DNA of 64,000 nt from Eledone cirrhosa (taxonomy: Eukaryota), in contig OZ024745.1 of NCBI GenBank assembly GCA_964016885.1, forward strand, positions 124,248,001 to 124,312,000. The letters are read 5' to 3'. Below the pieces are notes generated by a model. It saw only the letters and a program-made list of their open reading frames with translations. It did not search any database and was not told the origin of the DNA. This document shows positions 37,109 to 49,939 of this stretch, piece by piece. The first letter of the stretch is position 1. Every line of letters begins with the position of its first letter. The position numbers and the translations under genes are program-made.

Positions 37109-37386
37109 AAAAAGCAAGTTTGAATCTTGTTAGAAATAGAAGCTTTTTTGCCATATTTTTGATTTAAGAAATTTTAGCCTGATAGTGGGGTTTAAAACCC
37201 TCTAAAAATGGAAAAGGATGAGTATTGACATACATATACGTCAAGCGAAAGCTTCTATTTCTAACAAATGTCAAACTTCCCTTGCTGTTTCAAAACAAAC
37301 TTGCTTTGTCATTATACTTGCTATGAATATATAGCTTCTAATTTGAATGGAAAGGGATGGGTGATGTGTTGGTGTAATGGCAGCAT
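37109..37386. repeat. Inverted-junction copy of the tRNA-containing 244-bp repeat family
   Basis: 37109-37236 matches the 52936 unit in the same orientation. 37248-37386 matches it in the opposite orientation and ends in GATGTGTTGGTGTAATGG. Confidence 0.8.
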
Positions 37387-38851
37387 TATTACATATTATT
37401 AATTCTGGAATATATTATACAAACATATATTTTATGTAATGGTTTATATTTAAATACATACTGTCTTTGTTAGCTATCGACTTGAAAAAACAGGCACTAT
37501 AACAATGAATGGCAAATCATAGAGGAATTGATAAAATGCCACATTGCCTATAGTAATAATATCGAGGGACATCCAGCTGTAAAAATACTTGTCCCAAAGT
37601 ATCATGTGCTGATGCTTTCTTACAACTGAAGCAATTTACAAAAGCTGAAGAATCCATCTAAAATCTTGCAATTCTTGATTTCTAAATAGTCAAAGCAAAT
37701 GCTAGATTGTTTTCAGGAAATATTTGTTTTAGCAACTCTTTATGAGAGCTGACTATACTAATTAACAACCATTCACTTGGCAATTAAAATGGCTTCTTTT
37801 TGACAAACCTTGCTGTCACGTAAATATTCAATATTTGTTTCAATATCTATCACAGTGGCAAATTGGCAGAGTTGTTCAAGCAGGGGTTAAATGCCTTAGT
37901 ATTTGTTCTGAGTCTATCTGCTTTGTGCTCAAGTCTCTTGCCTTTCATTCTTTTTAGGTCAATAAATAAAGAACCAGTCCTTAGCTGGGAGATTGGTACA
38001 ATTCTTAAAGTATCAGACAAGATGCTTTGTGGTATCAGTTTCAGCTCTGGGCATTCTGATTTCAAATTAGCCCTCCTGTAACTGGAAAAGTGGTGATGTT
38101 TCTGCCAGGAGTTGTGACTAGCAGATAGTAACAGTAAACAGACTATCGGTAAAAATAATTCCTTTGGACCAATCTCATGATTGTTTCTTTCCTTATTGTC
38201 CTCATTGTAGAAATGCAGCCTTTTAAAACCACATTAGAAAAAATACATTTGAAGCATGAGAAATGTGTTAAAGGAAGGGATAATTTAATTTAATGAGCAA
38301 AGTTCACAAGCAAAGAAAGAACTTCTCTTTCGTAGAAAATTATGGCACAGTTACAGAAATGCAAATTAATTTAAATTCTGGCATTGCATAATTAAGACAA
38401 AATCCTGATGTAATTAATTATTCAATGGTTGTTCGACCTCAAATAATCAAATTGCATATGCTATTACATTAACACACTGAAATAGTGTATAAATTATTTA
38501 TTTATTCATCTTATACCTGTGTGCATGTAAGTCTTCAAAAGAATCAATGCCGATGCAGTCCCTTTAACTAACAATATTTGCATTTGGGATGTGGTATGCG
38601 TAAGATGGAAGAATGGATTGATTCAGTATTTCTTTGTCTTCTTTTTCTTTTTATTTCTAAATACACAATTAAGCTTCCTCGTTATGCAGATCTACAAATA
38701 TTTAATTATTGTATTGAATAAAGATACTGTAAAAACCTAGAAAGAAATCAAGTAACATATTACTTCTCTGGCTTTGTAAGTATATATCACACATGTGTAT
38801 ACATACTTACAAAGTAGACATGGAAATATCCCATGTATCACATACATGTGT

Positions 38852-39160
38852 AGGCACATGGCTTAGTGGTTAGAGCATTGGGCTTGCAATTGAGAGGTTG
38901 TGAGTTCAATTCACGAACTGAATGATGTGTTGCGTCCTTGAGCAAGACACTTTATTTCACATTGCTCCAGTTTACTCAGCTGTAGAAATGAGTTGCGACG
39001 TCACTGGTGCCATTGCTTTCTCTTGGACATCATCGTTGGCGTGGAGAGGGGAGACTGGTATACATGGGTGACTACTGGTCTTCCACAAAACAAACCTTGC
39101 CCAGGCTTGTTCCTCGGAGGGAAACTTTCTAGGTGCAAACACATGGTCATTCGGGACCTT
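38852..39160 (+). mobile_element. SINE family B full copy inserted in a short minisatellite
   Basis: TGGCTTAGTGGTTAGAGC...GAGTTCAATTC head. CATACTTACAAAGTAGACATGG repeats lie on both sides (38802, 39185-39290). Confidence 0.85.
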
Positions 39161-40485
39161 GTGGGGCCTTGTGGGGCCTTGATACATACTTACAAAGTAG
39201 ACATGGATATATGTACACATACTTATAAAGTAGACATGGATATAACCCATATATCACACATATATATACACATACTTACAAAGTAGATAAGCCAGCAGAG
39301 CTATTTTTATGCCATTGATCTGCTAGAAATATCAGTTAAATATACAATCTTAATAAAGGAAGGGCACATTAATCAATGATATCTGAAAAGACAGAATAGC
39401 CACAAGTGGAATACCATTGACCATAGGTCTGCTCGATCAGTAGCTATGTTGCTCTAGAGAACCATACATTTTTGCTTACCTACCATACATTATATACATT
39501 CTGGAGATCATTGAAGCCTTTTATAAGCAATTTTTGGTGGATTCATACATAAAAGAATACACAACATTTTGACAAAGGTACTTTGTTCTTATATATATTT
39601 CTTTTGTTATTTTCAGTAAATATCTATCATCCATGTATTGTATAGGTTTGTCTAAATAATGTGGTTAATATTGTTGGTATTAACATTTCTGTTGGTATTG
39701 TTGTTGTTGCTGCTGGTGGTGGCTACTGGGAGAGAAATCAAAAAGCCATCTCACCAAAATCTTGTATTGAATTTGTGGCTTGTTCTAAAAAATGGCTGAA
39801 ACTGGAAAAGTCATAGCATCAACAACATTAAAAATTTTTAGTGTTTGTCATTTGACATACTACACAACCGGATACGGTCAACTTTTAATGTTTTTAAATG
39901 ATTTAAGACAATGTTTATAGAAAACTGAATACCAGGAGCAGAACAATGATCCACAAGAATAGACAGAGATCATTCTTATATACCACTCAATTACTGGATT
40001 GAACATTTTACAAAACACAATCCCTCTACAAGGTATGCCCAAAGTCTTATTGACTTACACCTTAACATATCACTATTGGAGGTACATAAATAAAACACAT
40101 TGTGAACTTTCATAAATAGCAGGAAGTTTTTGATTCCTTTCTATATGATTGAGTCATTGCAATGCATAAATTTGATATCATGAACTTCATCAACATTGTT
40201 TTTACATTAACCTTTCCATGCATGGGTTGGTCAGGAACATTTGAGGCATTATTTCACAGTCAGATTGCCCTTCCTCTGGCAGACTCTACTCAATGTATTC
40301 AACAACTTCATAACATTAAATTCAAATGTCAAATGAATATCTACTAGGATATTCCACATTGATAGTGTATCTGATTTTTATATTCTAAGCTTTTTGCCAC
40401 TGAGCTGACTAAAATGAAAAACACAATTTTGGTAATACATGAAGAGAATGAAGACCAAGCTCAATCATCAACTCTTTAACCCTAA

Positions 40486-40710
40486 CCCTGTAGCATTTAA
40501 ACCAGTCATATCTGGCCAGAATTCTCTCACCCCTTTCTGTTCAAACTGGTTGTAACTGGCTGCTCATACTTATGTTAAGATATTGTTCTCCAAATAAATA
40601 ATATCAAAATAACATAGATTTGCTATTATGTGAGATAATTATGTGAGGTAAAGCCTTTACCGTGAAAATATAATAGTATATATAGAGTAATATAAATACT
40701 AAAGGGTTAA
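40486..40710. mobile_element. piggyBac-like MITE (~225 bp)
   Basis: TAACCCTGTAGCATTTA...TAAATACTAAAGGGTTAA: TTAA TSD-type ends with CCC-starting TIRs. Confidence 0.75.
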
Positions 40711-40993
40711 ATTGGATGATATAAAATTATAAGTGGCAAATGCTCTGAAACTTGAGAGTCTCCATAGTATCAAGCATCTAAAAATTATAGATCAGAGCTA
40801 CGTAATACAGACTGGCTGTTATAACTGTCCTGCTCATGTCACACTTCTATTGTCAGACATATACTCAATATAGGAAAATTTCATGAGAACAGAACATTTT
40901 GTTTTTCTGATTCATTGTTCTTGTTCATCATTTAAAAAGAAGAGATTTATCATGAAATATATAAGGTAAAAACATTATTTTGTTTTGTCATCC

Positions 40994-41155
40994 AGTTACA
41001 GCCCTTTACGTTCTCAGTTCAAATCCTGCTGAGATTAGCTTTGCTTTTAATCCTATGGGGTCGATAAAATAAAGTACCAGTAATGCATTGGGGTCGATTT
41101 AATTGACTTTCCCTTTCCCCCAAATATTGTTGGCCTTGTGCCTAAATCAGAAACC
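40994..41155 (+). mobile_element. 5'-truncated SINE family A copy
   Basis: Family A consensus with TSD CATTATTTT(G/C)TTTTGTCATCC. Confidence 0.85.
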
Positions 41156-42169
41156 ATTATTTTCTTTTGTCATCCTTTTTACCCCAGTTCCATCAATATA
41201 TTTCTATCCACATTGTATAGGTTTTACACTCTATTATTTATTTTAATATGATGTAAGGGTGACAGCCACCTCTTTCAGTGAATTCCTTCCCACCGAGAAG
41301 AGGAGATAGATTAAAGATAAATAACTTATACCTCCCATTTTTTGCTCTCCAGCTTGACTGTACTAACAGCTGGTCCCATGAATAGATATGGTCTTGGGTC
41401 AGCTGGAGCTAATTACAGGTGACGTTTATGGACATAAACGGTAAGACAGCGCTCCTGGATGTGAACAACAGCTCAGACATTTCCAACTGTCTGACAGGTA
41501 CTGAGTAGATTGGAGTTCTTAAATGTGCCAATGTGGACATGTCAAATTGCACCGGCTCATTTAGATTTTATCTAGATAAAGTAATCATTAGGTTAGCAGT
41601 TAGAGATAGTGTAGGTTGCCTATAATTTTGGCTGGTTGGCTCAAGAGATCCATAGACAAATAGTAATAGTAGTAATAATTAAAGTATGAGACATATCTTC
41701 CTTGAATGATAACAGTCATTGGAATGTTCAATATAGATAAACAGTTTGAAAGAACAATCTTATATTATCTATATACGAAAGCTCTCCCATTTTGTTATGT
41801 CTGTCTATGTCTATTGAAAATCTATTCATTACAGATGTTTATATTACATTATTCAAACTAGGCCAGTTACAATTGGAATGATGGAAATATTTCGTTCAAA
41901 TAAGGATTTTAATTCAATATCAAAGTAAATGTAATTTCTTAACTTCTCAGTTTGATTTATTATCATAATCACCAGTATCACCTCAAGAACTAACAGCATT
42001 ATTACTGTCATATATATTCATAATTGTATTTTGCCTCACTAAATATATCTTGCTTAAACAGAGATTGAACAGCAATCTGAAGAGAAAAGTTACACAGAAA
42101 ACAAATGGTTGTGTAAATAAACTAAAGTATCAATACATCCATGGTGTATTATGAACATTTACATCACAA

Positions 42170-42490
42170 GTCTTCTTCTTCTTTGCCCACTTATTTCTGA
42201 GAGGGTCATGGGGGCAGAGTCCTCAAACACAGTGGTTCCTGTCAAAAGCAACCATCTCCAACTCATCTGGCTGGATGACCAAGCACGATCAGCCAAGTTC
42301 ATTGATGTTATCCAACCATCTTGCTTGGAGTCTACTCCTGAGTCTCCTGCCAGTTGTTTTTGCCAGCAATTCTTTCCTGAGACATTCTAACCACATGCCC
42401 ATAGTATCAGAACTGGGATCTCTCAATTCAGAGAAGTAGTGGTTCTAACTGGAGTGACTCTCTGATCTGCGAGTTACACACTTTATCGAT
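42170..42490 (-). mobile_element. RTE-clade LINE 3' end
   Basis: IRESLQLEPLLL*IERSQF*YYGHVVRM...RWLD, ending in an (AAG)n tail. Confidence 0.75.
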
Positions 42491-43079
42491 TCTGTGCTGA
42501 ATGTTCATGTTAAGAGAGGGGCTGAGCAGTCAACTGATCGCCATTTAGTTATCTGCAGCTTGAGACTACCTAAAGACAAAGAAGCCCACAACATTAGAAG
42601 TAATTTACTAATTTCCATGTTAGCTCAAGTTACTGAACTTGAAGATATGTAGAGAACAATCTAAGTTTAGAATCCATAGCAATTCCTTAAGATTAAGCAG
42701 AGTAGATGAACTTTTGTGTGAAAAATCCAGTTGATTACTATTTGTGGGAATTGATTTGGAGTAGATAATAGCTAATTCTTTCTTTCTGTCTTATTTTTCA
42801 GGTAGGACAGGGAAGTACAATTTCAGGGTTCCCTAGAAGGAAAGAGAAATACATCCCCAAACCGGAGTCCTTTATAAAAAAATAGTAGAACCTCACAATA
42901 CCCCATTGTATGAGTAATTTGCTGTACCGGCCGAGGCTCATGTGAATTTTTGTCTTGTAGTATGAATGGAAATCTGCAGTACGAGCGAGTTTCATGCAAG
43001 TGACCGCTAGCCGGTGCTGAGCTTGCACATACGCTCCCAACAAGCGCAGCCACTGCTCACTCAGTTCACATGTTTATCT

Positions 43080-43319
43080 TGTTGTGGCAGCATCCCTATT
43101 GTGTTTTGTGCATTTTTGGCTATTATTTTATAATAACTGCAACTTTTCTGTTTTAAAACCCCTAAAAAATTATTTTTGGGTCGTATTTTGGGGGAGCTGG
43201 AACAGATTATTTATATTCTAATTAATTTTAATAGGGAAAATTGATTTGTAAAATGAGTAAATCATAAAAGAATCTTAGTCATAGAAAGAATTACACTCGT
43301 ACTGCAAGGTATCACTGTA
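43080..43319. mobile_element. Tigger-like DNA transposon terminal fragment
   Basis: GGAACAGATTA...AATAGGGAAAA...CTCGTACTGCAAGGTATCACTG|TA resembles a Tigger-type end. No partner TIR was found. Confidence 0.5.
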
Positions 43320-44231
43320 ATTGAAACTGAGAGGGCTTTGCTAAAAGCACTCCACAGTCAGATGGATGTGTTAAACAAGTCCACTGATTAAGTTTATCAT
43401 CTGAATTATATCAGTTATATGTTCTTACATTCAGAGTTCAAATCATACTGGCATCTGTTTCACTTTTTTCCTTTTGGTGCTGATAGTATAAGTGCTGTGA
43501 TTCATACGATCAACTCGACCTTTCTCCAGACTTTGTTGTCATGTGTCTAGACTAGAAATCATTCTTTGGGGAATATTACAAAGCTCGTTATCTGATTGGA
43601 TAATTAACAAGAATTCAGGAATGACACAAAGGATTTGTAGCTCCACATGACTTAATGTTGTGAATATAACATGTGATAAGGGAGATACTTTCAGGTTTGG
43701 GGTATAAAATAACTTCGTTTTTCCAGACCTGGCGATTCTAATGCAAATTCTTCTTGTGTGAGAAAAGCACACAGATTATGTTGTGATTAAAGTATTAAAG
43801 TAACTAAAATTACACTAATGTTGTTGGTCTATCTTAAATTTTCAAGGTTTTGGCAGTATCCTAAAATGAGTTAATATCCCTGTATGCTACATAGTACTTG
43901 TGAGTCACCAATACCTCTATAAACGCATGGTTGTGTCATTAAGAATCTTACTCTGCAATAATCTGGTTTTGAGTTCACTTCCCCTGTGTAGCACATTGAG
44001 AGTTTTCTACAGCTGTAGAATAACTAATGTTTTGAAATGAAATTTAGTAGATGGAAACTGTGAAGAAGCCTGTCACACACACACACGTGTGTGTGTGTGT
44101 GTCTGTATTAGTTGCTCAACAAATAGAGATTGGAAGTCCATCAGCCAAACTTAAAAACTAGTACTAGAGTTGATATGATTGATGACACCCTTCATGTGAA
44201 ATAACTGAAACAAGTAAAAAGTCTATAATAA

Positions 44232-44349
44232 TTGTTTCTATTTTTGACACAAGGCTAGCAATTACCCCAGTGCATTACTGGTACTTTATTTTATCGACCC
44301 TGTAAGGATGAAAGGCAAAGTTAACCTCGGCGGGATTTGAACTCAGATC
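44232..44349 (-). mobile_element. 5'-truncated SINE family A copy
   Basis: Family A consensus from the tail to the B-box. Confidence 0.85.
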
Positions 44350-45133
44350 AACTCAGCATCGCGCATCTCACACATGCATCATATAACCGGCCTTTCATGC
44401 GCAGGGAGAAACCCGTCTTTGTCAACAAAAAAAAAAAGAAAAGAAAATGTTTACAAGTGGAAGAAAAACCCCTCTATGTCCTCTAACCACAACAGCCCCA
44501 AACCGGCAATATCACCATCGCCCCTACCACCAATCCTATCATAATAGTAATTATTATTGTTGTATCTCTAAGCTCTCTCAAAATGTTTAGTTTAAATATT
44601 AAGGAACGATATCAACTTCTATATTAAATATAAGTAACAAGGCAAGGAACCCCCATCTTAATTAAGTTGGGTGTATGTGTTTGGGTGGGTGGGAGATGAC
44701 ACAGTTTTGTAGATGTATTAAATTGTATTAAATTATATAAATGGGAAGACAAAATACATTGGTGTGATTTTGAATGCTACGCATGTCAAAAATGTAGTTT
44801 TCCTTTTCATATATTTGTATACATTGATAAAACCATTATGAAACACATGCACACACACATACATACACAAGCAGAAAACAACTTCCCAGTGAGTGACTTT
44901 TCTGCTAGTAACACAATAAAAGAAGAATTGTTGACCATAGAAATTGATTGGATAAGACAATTACAAGAAACCAGAGATCTCCTCAGATCTTCTATAGTTA
45001 TTTGAGAAATAAGCAGAGAATTAAGTCAGCTCAACTCACTTATTCTATGAAACGTAAATATGGAAAACAAACAAAAACAAACCCTAAATCTTGAATGTTT
45101 TATTGGGTCTTACTCGACTATATAGTTCTAAAG

Positions 45134-45682
45134 CAGAGGTTACAACATTTTTGGCTAACCCCCACCCCTCTTATGGCCACGTAATGCCCTCAACACCCCA
45201 CCTCTATTTCCAGAGAGAAGTGCCTACAATCAAATTGTAAATAATATATAATAAATAAAATCTTTAATTTATATAATAAATTATATATATATATATCGAC
45301 AGTTGATCGACTTTTGTCAAATTGGACCGAGGAAACAATGTTTCCAATGGTCTTTCCAATTGCTTATACTATCTATCAGTCACAACTCCGGGTAGAAGGA
45401 GCAACATGAAATAAAGTGTCTTGCTCAAGGACATAACGCATCGCCTGGTTCTGGAATCGAACTCACAATCTCATAATATATGCTATGTCTAAATATATAT
45501 GATATATTATTTATTTTACTATATTTACATTTAATATCTATTATTTGATATTTAATATTGTATTTTATCATCTCTATTGCCCCCCCCCCCCACACACTTC
45601 TACTTCCCACTAAGTCCCAGTGCCCCTCCGGACCTTCTCAGTGTCCTCTGGGTGGCAGTAGTGCCCACTTTGAGAACCTCCA
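45134..45682. mobile_element. hAT (Charlie-like) MITE with nested insertions
   Basis: 8-bp TSD TTCTAAAG at 45126-45133 and 45683-45690. Degenerate TIRs CAGAGGTT... / ...GAACCTCCA. A SINE B fragment lies on the minus strand at ~45385-45470. Confidence 0.65.
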
Positions 45683-45734
45683 TTCTAAAGCATTGTAAAA
45701 GCATTGTAGAAGTATGTGGTTAGGATTGTTTTGA

Positions 45735-46042
45735 GAATGAATGTATGAATGTGTTGAAAGAGAAACTGTGTCTGAGAGGGATAGAATGTAGTGTGCGAGA
45801 GAGGAGACTGAGGTGGTATGGACATGTGACGCGCATGGAGGATAACCGATGGGTGAAGAAGTGCCAGGAAATGCCAGTCGAAGGAAGATGTAGTAGAGGT
45901 AGACCATGAAAAACATAGGCGGAGGTGGTGAGAACAGACCTCAGATCGCTGAAGCTCACAGTAGAGATGCTGTGCTGAATAAGACCCGTCCCACCCTTGC
46001 AAGCAGGGAAAAGCGGACGTAAAATGATGATGATGATGATGA
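45735..46042 (+). mobile_element. RTE-clade LINE 3' end with (ATG)n tail
   Basis: RERRLRWYGHVTRMEDNRWVKKC...GR..RGRP*KT*.EVV..DL, then ACCCTTGCAAGCAGGGAAAAGCGGACGTAAAATGATGATG. Confidence 0.85.
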
Positions 46043-46227
46043 TTTCAAGGTTAGTAAATAGAGTGTGATGATAATGACGAGCTGATCTCTCCTGTGCAGA
46101 TATTGGGTTGAATAATATGTGGTGACATGTATAGACTAGCATAGTTATAATAGCTAATCAGCTGTCAAATAATAGATTATGTCTAGACCATTTCTGAGAA
46201 TGCTTACAGTGGAATACACTAAAATAA

Positions 46228-46818
46228 TTGTTTCTACATTTTGGCACAAGGCCAGCAATTACCCAGTGCATTACTGGTACTTTATTTTATTGACCCCCAT
46301 AAGGATGAAAGGCAAAGTTAACCTCGACAGGATTTGAACTCAGAATGGCAAGGGCTATAACTCTATGTATCAAAGCATCATGTTCGACCCTCTACCGATA
46401 AAGCCAAACCACACTAAAATAATGGTTTCTTATATAGGCACAAGGCCATCAATTTTGGGGGAGGGGAAAGTCGATTAAAACGACCCCAGTGCATGACTGG
46501 TACTTTATTTTATCGACTCCGTAAGGATGAAAGGCAAAGTTAACCTTAACAGGATTTGAACTCAGATCATAAACTCTATGCTACAAAGCATGGTGTCCAA
46601 CCCTCTACCAATACTGCCAATCCACACTAAAATAATTGTTTCTACATTTTGGCACAAGGCCAGTAATTACCCAGTGCATTACTGGTACTTTATTTTATCA
46701 ACCCCGTAAGGATGAAAAAACAAAGTTTACCTCGGCAGGATTTGAACTCAGAATGACAAGGGCCGTAACTATGCGTCAAAGCATGGCATCCGACCCTCTA
46801 CCAATACAGCCAATCCAC
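46228..46818 (-). mobile_element. Three head-to-tail SINE family A copies (46228-46412, 46424-46626, 46636-46818)
   Basis: Three family A copies; every junction carries CACTAAAATAAT. Confidence 0.9.
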
Positions 46819-47024
46819 ACTAAAATAATATGATGTATTTACTAGCAATTTGATTGCCGGAAGGAACCTGTTGGATGTTTTCATTTTTGCTTTATTTAAG
46901 CGACACCATCGATGGACACATTTCCTATGTAACCAGTGTTGACATTATATAGCAAAGCTAATGTCTTAGCTTCTCAGCTTGATTCTACACGATTTTATAG
47001 TTACATGATCTTTTTATATAACAA

Positions 47025-47592
47025 CCATCATTGTCATCATCAGCAGCATAACCAGCATGGTGTCAATGACCACCAACACCAACAACAACAACAACACCAC
47101 CACCACCACCAACAACACTAACACCACCAACACTAACACCACCATTGCCATCAACAACACTAACAACAACACTACCACCTAAACCAACAACAGCAACACT
47201 AATACCACCACCAACAACAGAACTAACACCACCATCACTACCACTACCATCACAACCAACAACAACAACAACAACACTAACACCACCAACACCAACAACA
47301 GCATTAACACCACCACCTCCACCACTACCACCAACAATAACAACAACACTAACACCACCACCAACAACGACAACACTAACACCACCAACACCACCACCAC
47401 CACCACAACCAACAATAATAAAAAAAAAAATAACACCACCATCACCATCAACAACACTAACAACACCACTACCACCTAAACCACCAACAACAACAACAAC
47501 ACTAATACCACCCCCAACAACAGCACTAACATCAACAGCACCACTGTCATGAACTTCATCATTATCAACATCATCACCATCATTATCATCAG
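47025..47592. repeat. (CAA/CAC/CTA)n cryptic trinucleotide repeat
   Basis: Direct inspection. It produces the spurious Pro/Thr-rich and Val/Leu-rich ORFs. Confidence 0.9.
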
Positions 47593-48309
47593 CGTCCTTT
47601 TATAAATGTTTAGTCTCTCCCAAAACATAAACCCTGAAGTACACAAGCCTAATTTTAGTTAATTTAAGTATTATTTAATTTAAGCCCACTATTTCGATCA
47701 TACTAAAGACATGCTTTAAGAATTTTTCTCATGCAAATACATCATATTTGTTGAAGAAGCAAAGAGAGAAATTCTCTGTACATATAGGAATGTGAAAAAA
47801 ACAGTAATTACATTATACATGCTAATTGAATTTACTATCAATGTTTGCTCACAATATTCTGGGATTAGCAATTAGAAACTGATCCTTTCTGTAAATGATA
47901 TGAAACAAAACAGTTTGTTTAGAAAGAAATGATTAGAATATAATTGAAAATGATACACTAATCATTTATTTTGTCAATTTCCTTGTTTTAAATTGTAATC
48001 TTTACACAAGCTTTTCCTGTTGAATATATTAGTTACTTAATTGGCCATTTGCAACGTTCTAAATTTAATGTATAATGACAGAAAGTAAATAATTAAATTA
48101 ATTGAGATTAACTGCATATCAATGGAAAAATTGAAACAATTTCTTCTTGTCCCACACATTTCATAGTTAAGTTGCTGTGTGTATCCAATTTAGATATATT
48201 GCATCTCTGCTTGTTGTAAGAGGTAACTAAAACAGTTACCCCCAGAACAGTGGTTGCTAACCGGTGGTCCGAGACATTATATAATAATAATGAAAATATT
48301 GTGTACAGT

Positions 48310-49085
48310 GCTCAGATGCACTTCAACTCATCAAAAGGGTATGTATAGTACATAGGGTAATGTACAAACGTCAGGAAAATGAACAGTGCATGAGTCATGA
48401 TATACACATGTGTGCATGTGTATGGAAGGGGTACATCAGGTGTAGTTTTGGCGAATTTCGGGAAACATGAGGGTTTTAAAGGATGCAGTGTCTCGGCAGC
48501 TAACAACTGATGCAGGCAGTTTGCTCCATGCTTCAGCAACTCTGAGCGTGAAAAAATGTTTCCGAAAGTCATGGGAGCTGTGTTGTTTTCTGATTTTGTA
48601 GGCATGTCCACGTGTGTTAGACACATGGAGATCAAAAAGATGCTCAGGGTTGTTGTTGGCGAGATGGTTAATAACTTTGTGGGTGTTTACCAAGTCCATT
48701 GACAGATGTCGGAGCTTCAATGAATCCATGCCCAGAGAAGCAAGGCGTTCAGAGTATGGTAGGTGTCTGATGGAGGGTATGTGCTTGGTTGAACGTCTCT
48801 GAACAGTTTCCAGGAGGTCAATGTTCTGAGCAAGATAGGGGTTCCAGACTGATGATGCGAATTCCAATGTGGTCGTACCATAGCGCTGTATACAGCTTTA
48901 AATAGATGGTTAGAGAGTGGTTAACAATGGTCTTGCTGAGTGATGCCAAGACACCCTCGGCCTTCTTGACAATCTTAGAGACGTGCTTTGTCCAACGCAA
49001 ATTGCTGCTGACAGTAATGCCCAGGTCACGTTCACAAGAGGACTTCTTGATATCAGTGTTGTGGAGGGTATATGTGGACGCTGAT
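48310..49085 (-). mobile_element. CR1-clade LINE 3' fragment
   Basis: ERDLG, W.KHV..IVKKA, LKLY.AL.RPH.EFASSVWNP, LE.VQRR.TK, YSERL..LG, TRGH, RKHFFTLRV..W..LP. Confidence 0.9.
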
Positions 49086-49275
49086 GTTTAATAAAACAAA
49101 AATATTTGGTTAAAATAATATTTTAAAACACCCCAAAAAAATGTTTCTACTCAGTAAAGAACAAACATCTATGAAATAATTTTACACATATGTATCATCT
49201 ATCGACAATATGACACACGTATGCTTCAGTATTGTTTAATAAAATGGAAGTTCTCTGATTTTTATTTTACAAATA

Positions 49276-49461
49276 GGCGGTGGATTAGCAGTATCGGTAG
49301 AGGATCGGACACGCTGCTTTGCAGCATAGAGTTATGATCCCTTATGGTCTGAGTTGAAATACAGCCAAGGTTAACTTTGCCTTATATCCTTATGGGGTTA
49401 ATAAAATAAAGCATCAGCAATGCACTGGTTTAATTGCTGGCCTTGTGTCAAAAGTTGAAAT
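49276..49461 (+). mobile_element. SINE family A copy
   Basis: Family A consensus with TSD TTATTTTACAAAT. Confidence 0.85.
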
Positions 49462-49712
49462 AATTATTTTACAAATGTATCTATCTTTTAAAAAAAATTC
49501 ATATTAATGATCTGAAGGATTTAAATTATGAATTTTGTGGTCTGTGAGGTCCGAAAGGTTGGCTATCGCTCCACTAGAAAGCATATACTACTTCAAAACA
49601 TTACCTCAAAAAGGACTCCATGGTGGTTAAAAAGCTTGTCATGTGTCCTGCAGGGCTTACACCTGCTTTAGCAAGGATCATGACCTTAAAATGCTTGTTG
49701 TATATTTGATAT

Positions 49713-49939
49713 TTAACCCTTTAGCATTTACATTACTCTATATCTACTATTATATTTTTGTGGTAAAGGCTTTATCTTACATAATTATCTCATAATATTG
49801 AATCTACGAGATTTTGATGTTATTTATTTTAAGAACAATATTTTAACATAAGTATAATCGGCCAGTTACAGCCAGTTTGAACGCAAAGAGGTGAGAGAAT
49901 TCTGGATGGATAAAGTTGGTTTAAATGCTAGAGGGTTAA
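49713..49939. mobile_element. piggyBac-like MITE
   Basis: TTAA|CCCTTTAGCATTTA...TAAATGCTAGAGGG|TTAA. Confidence 0.85.

Larger units (their letters stand above)
48248..49571. mobile_element. Old hAT-like non-autonomous element hosting CR1 and SINE insertions
   Basis: TIR-like CAGTGGTTGCTAACC / GGTTGGCTATCGCT. Degenerate 8-bp TSD CCCCAGAA / CACTAGAA. Confidence 0.5.

Noticed and set aside
40477-40490. Telomeric (TAACCC)n seed
   Set aside because: Only two units, explained by the TTAA-CCC end of the piggyBac-like MITE.
47145-47552. Pro/Thr-rich mucin- or extensin-like ORF
   Set aside because: It is a translation of a cryptic CAA/CAC repeat, starts at a non-ATG codon, and has no splice or domain evidence.
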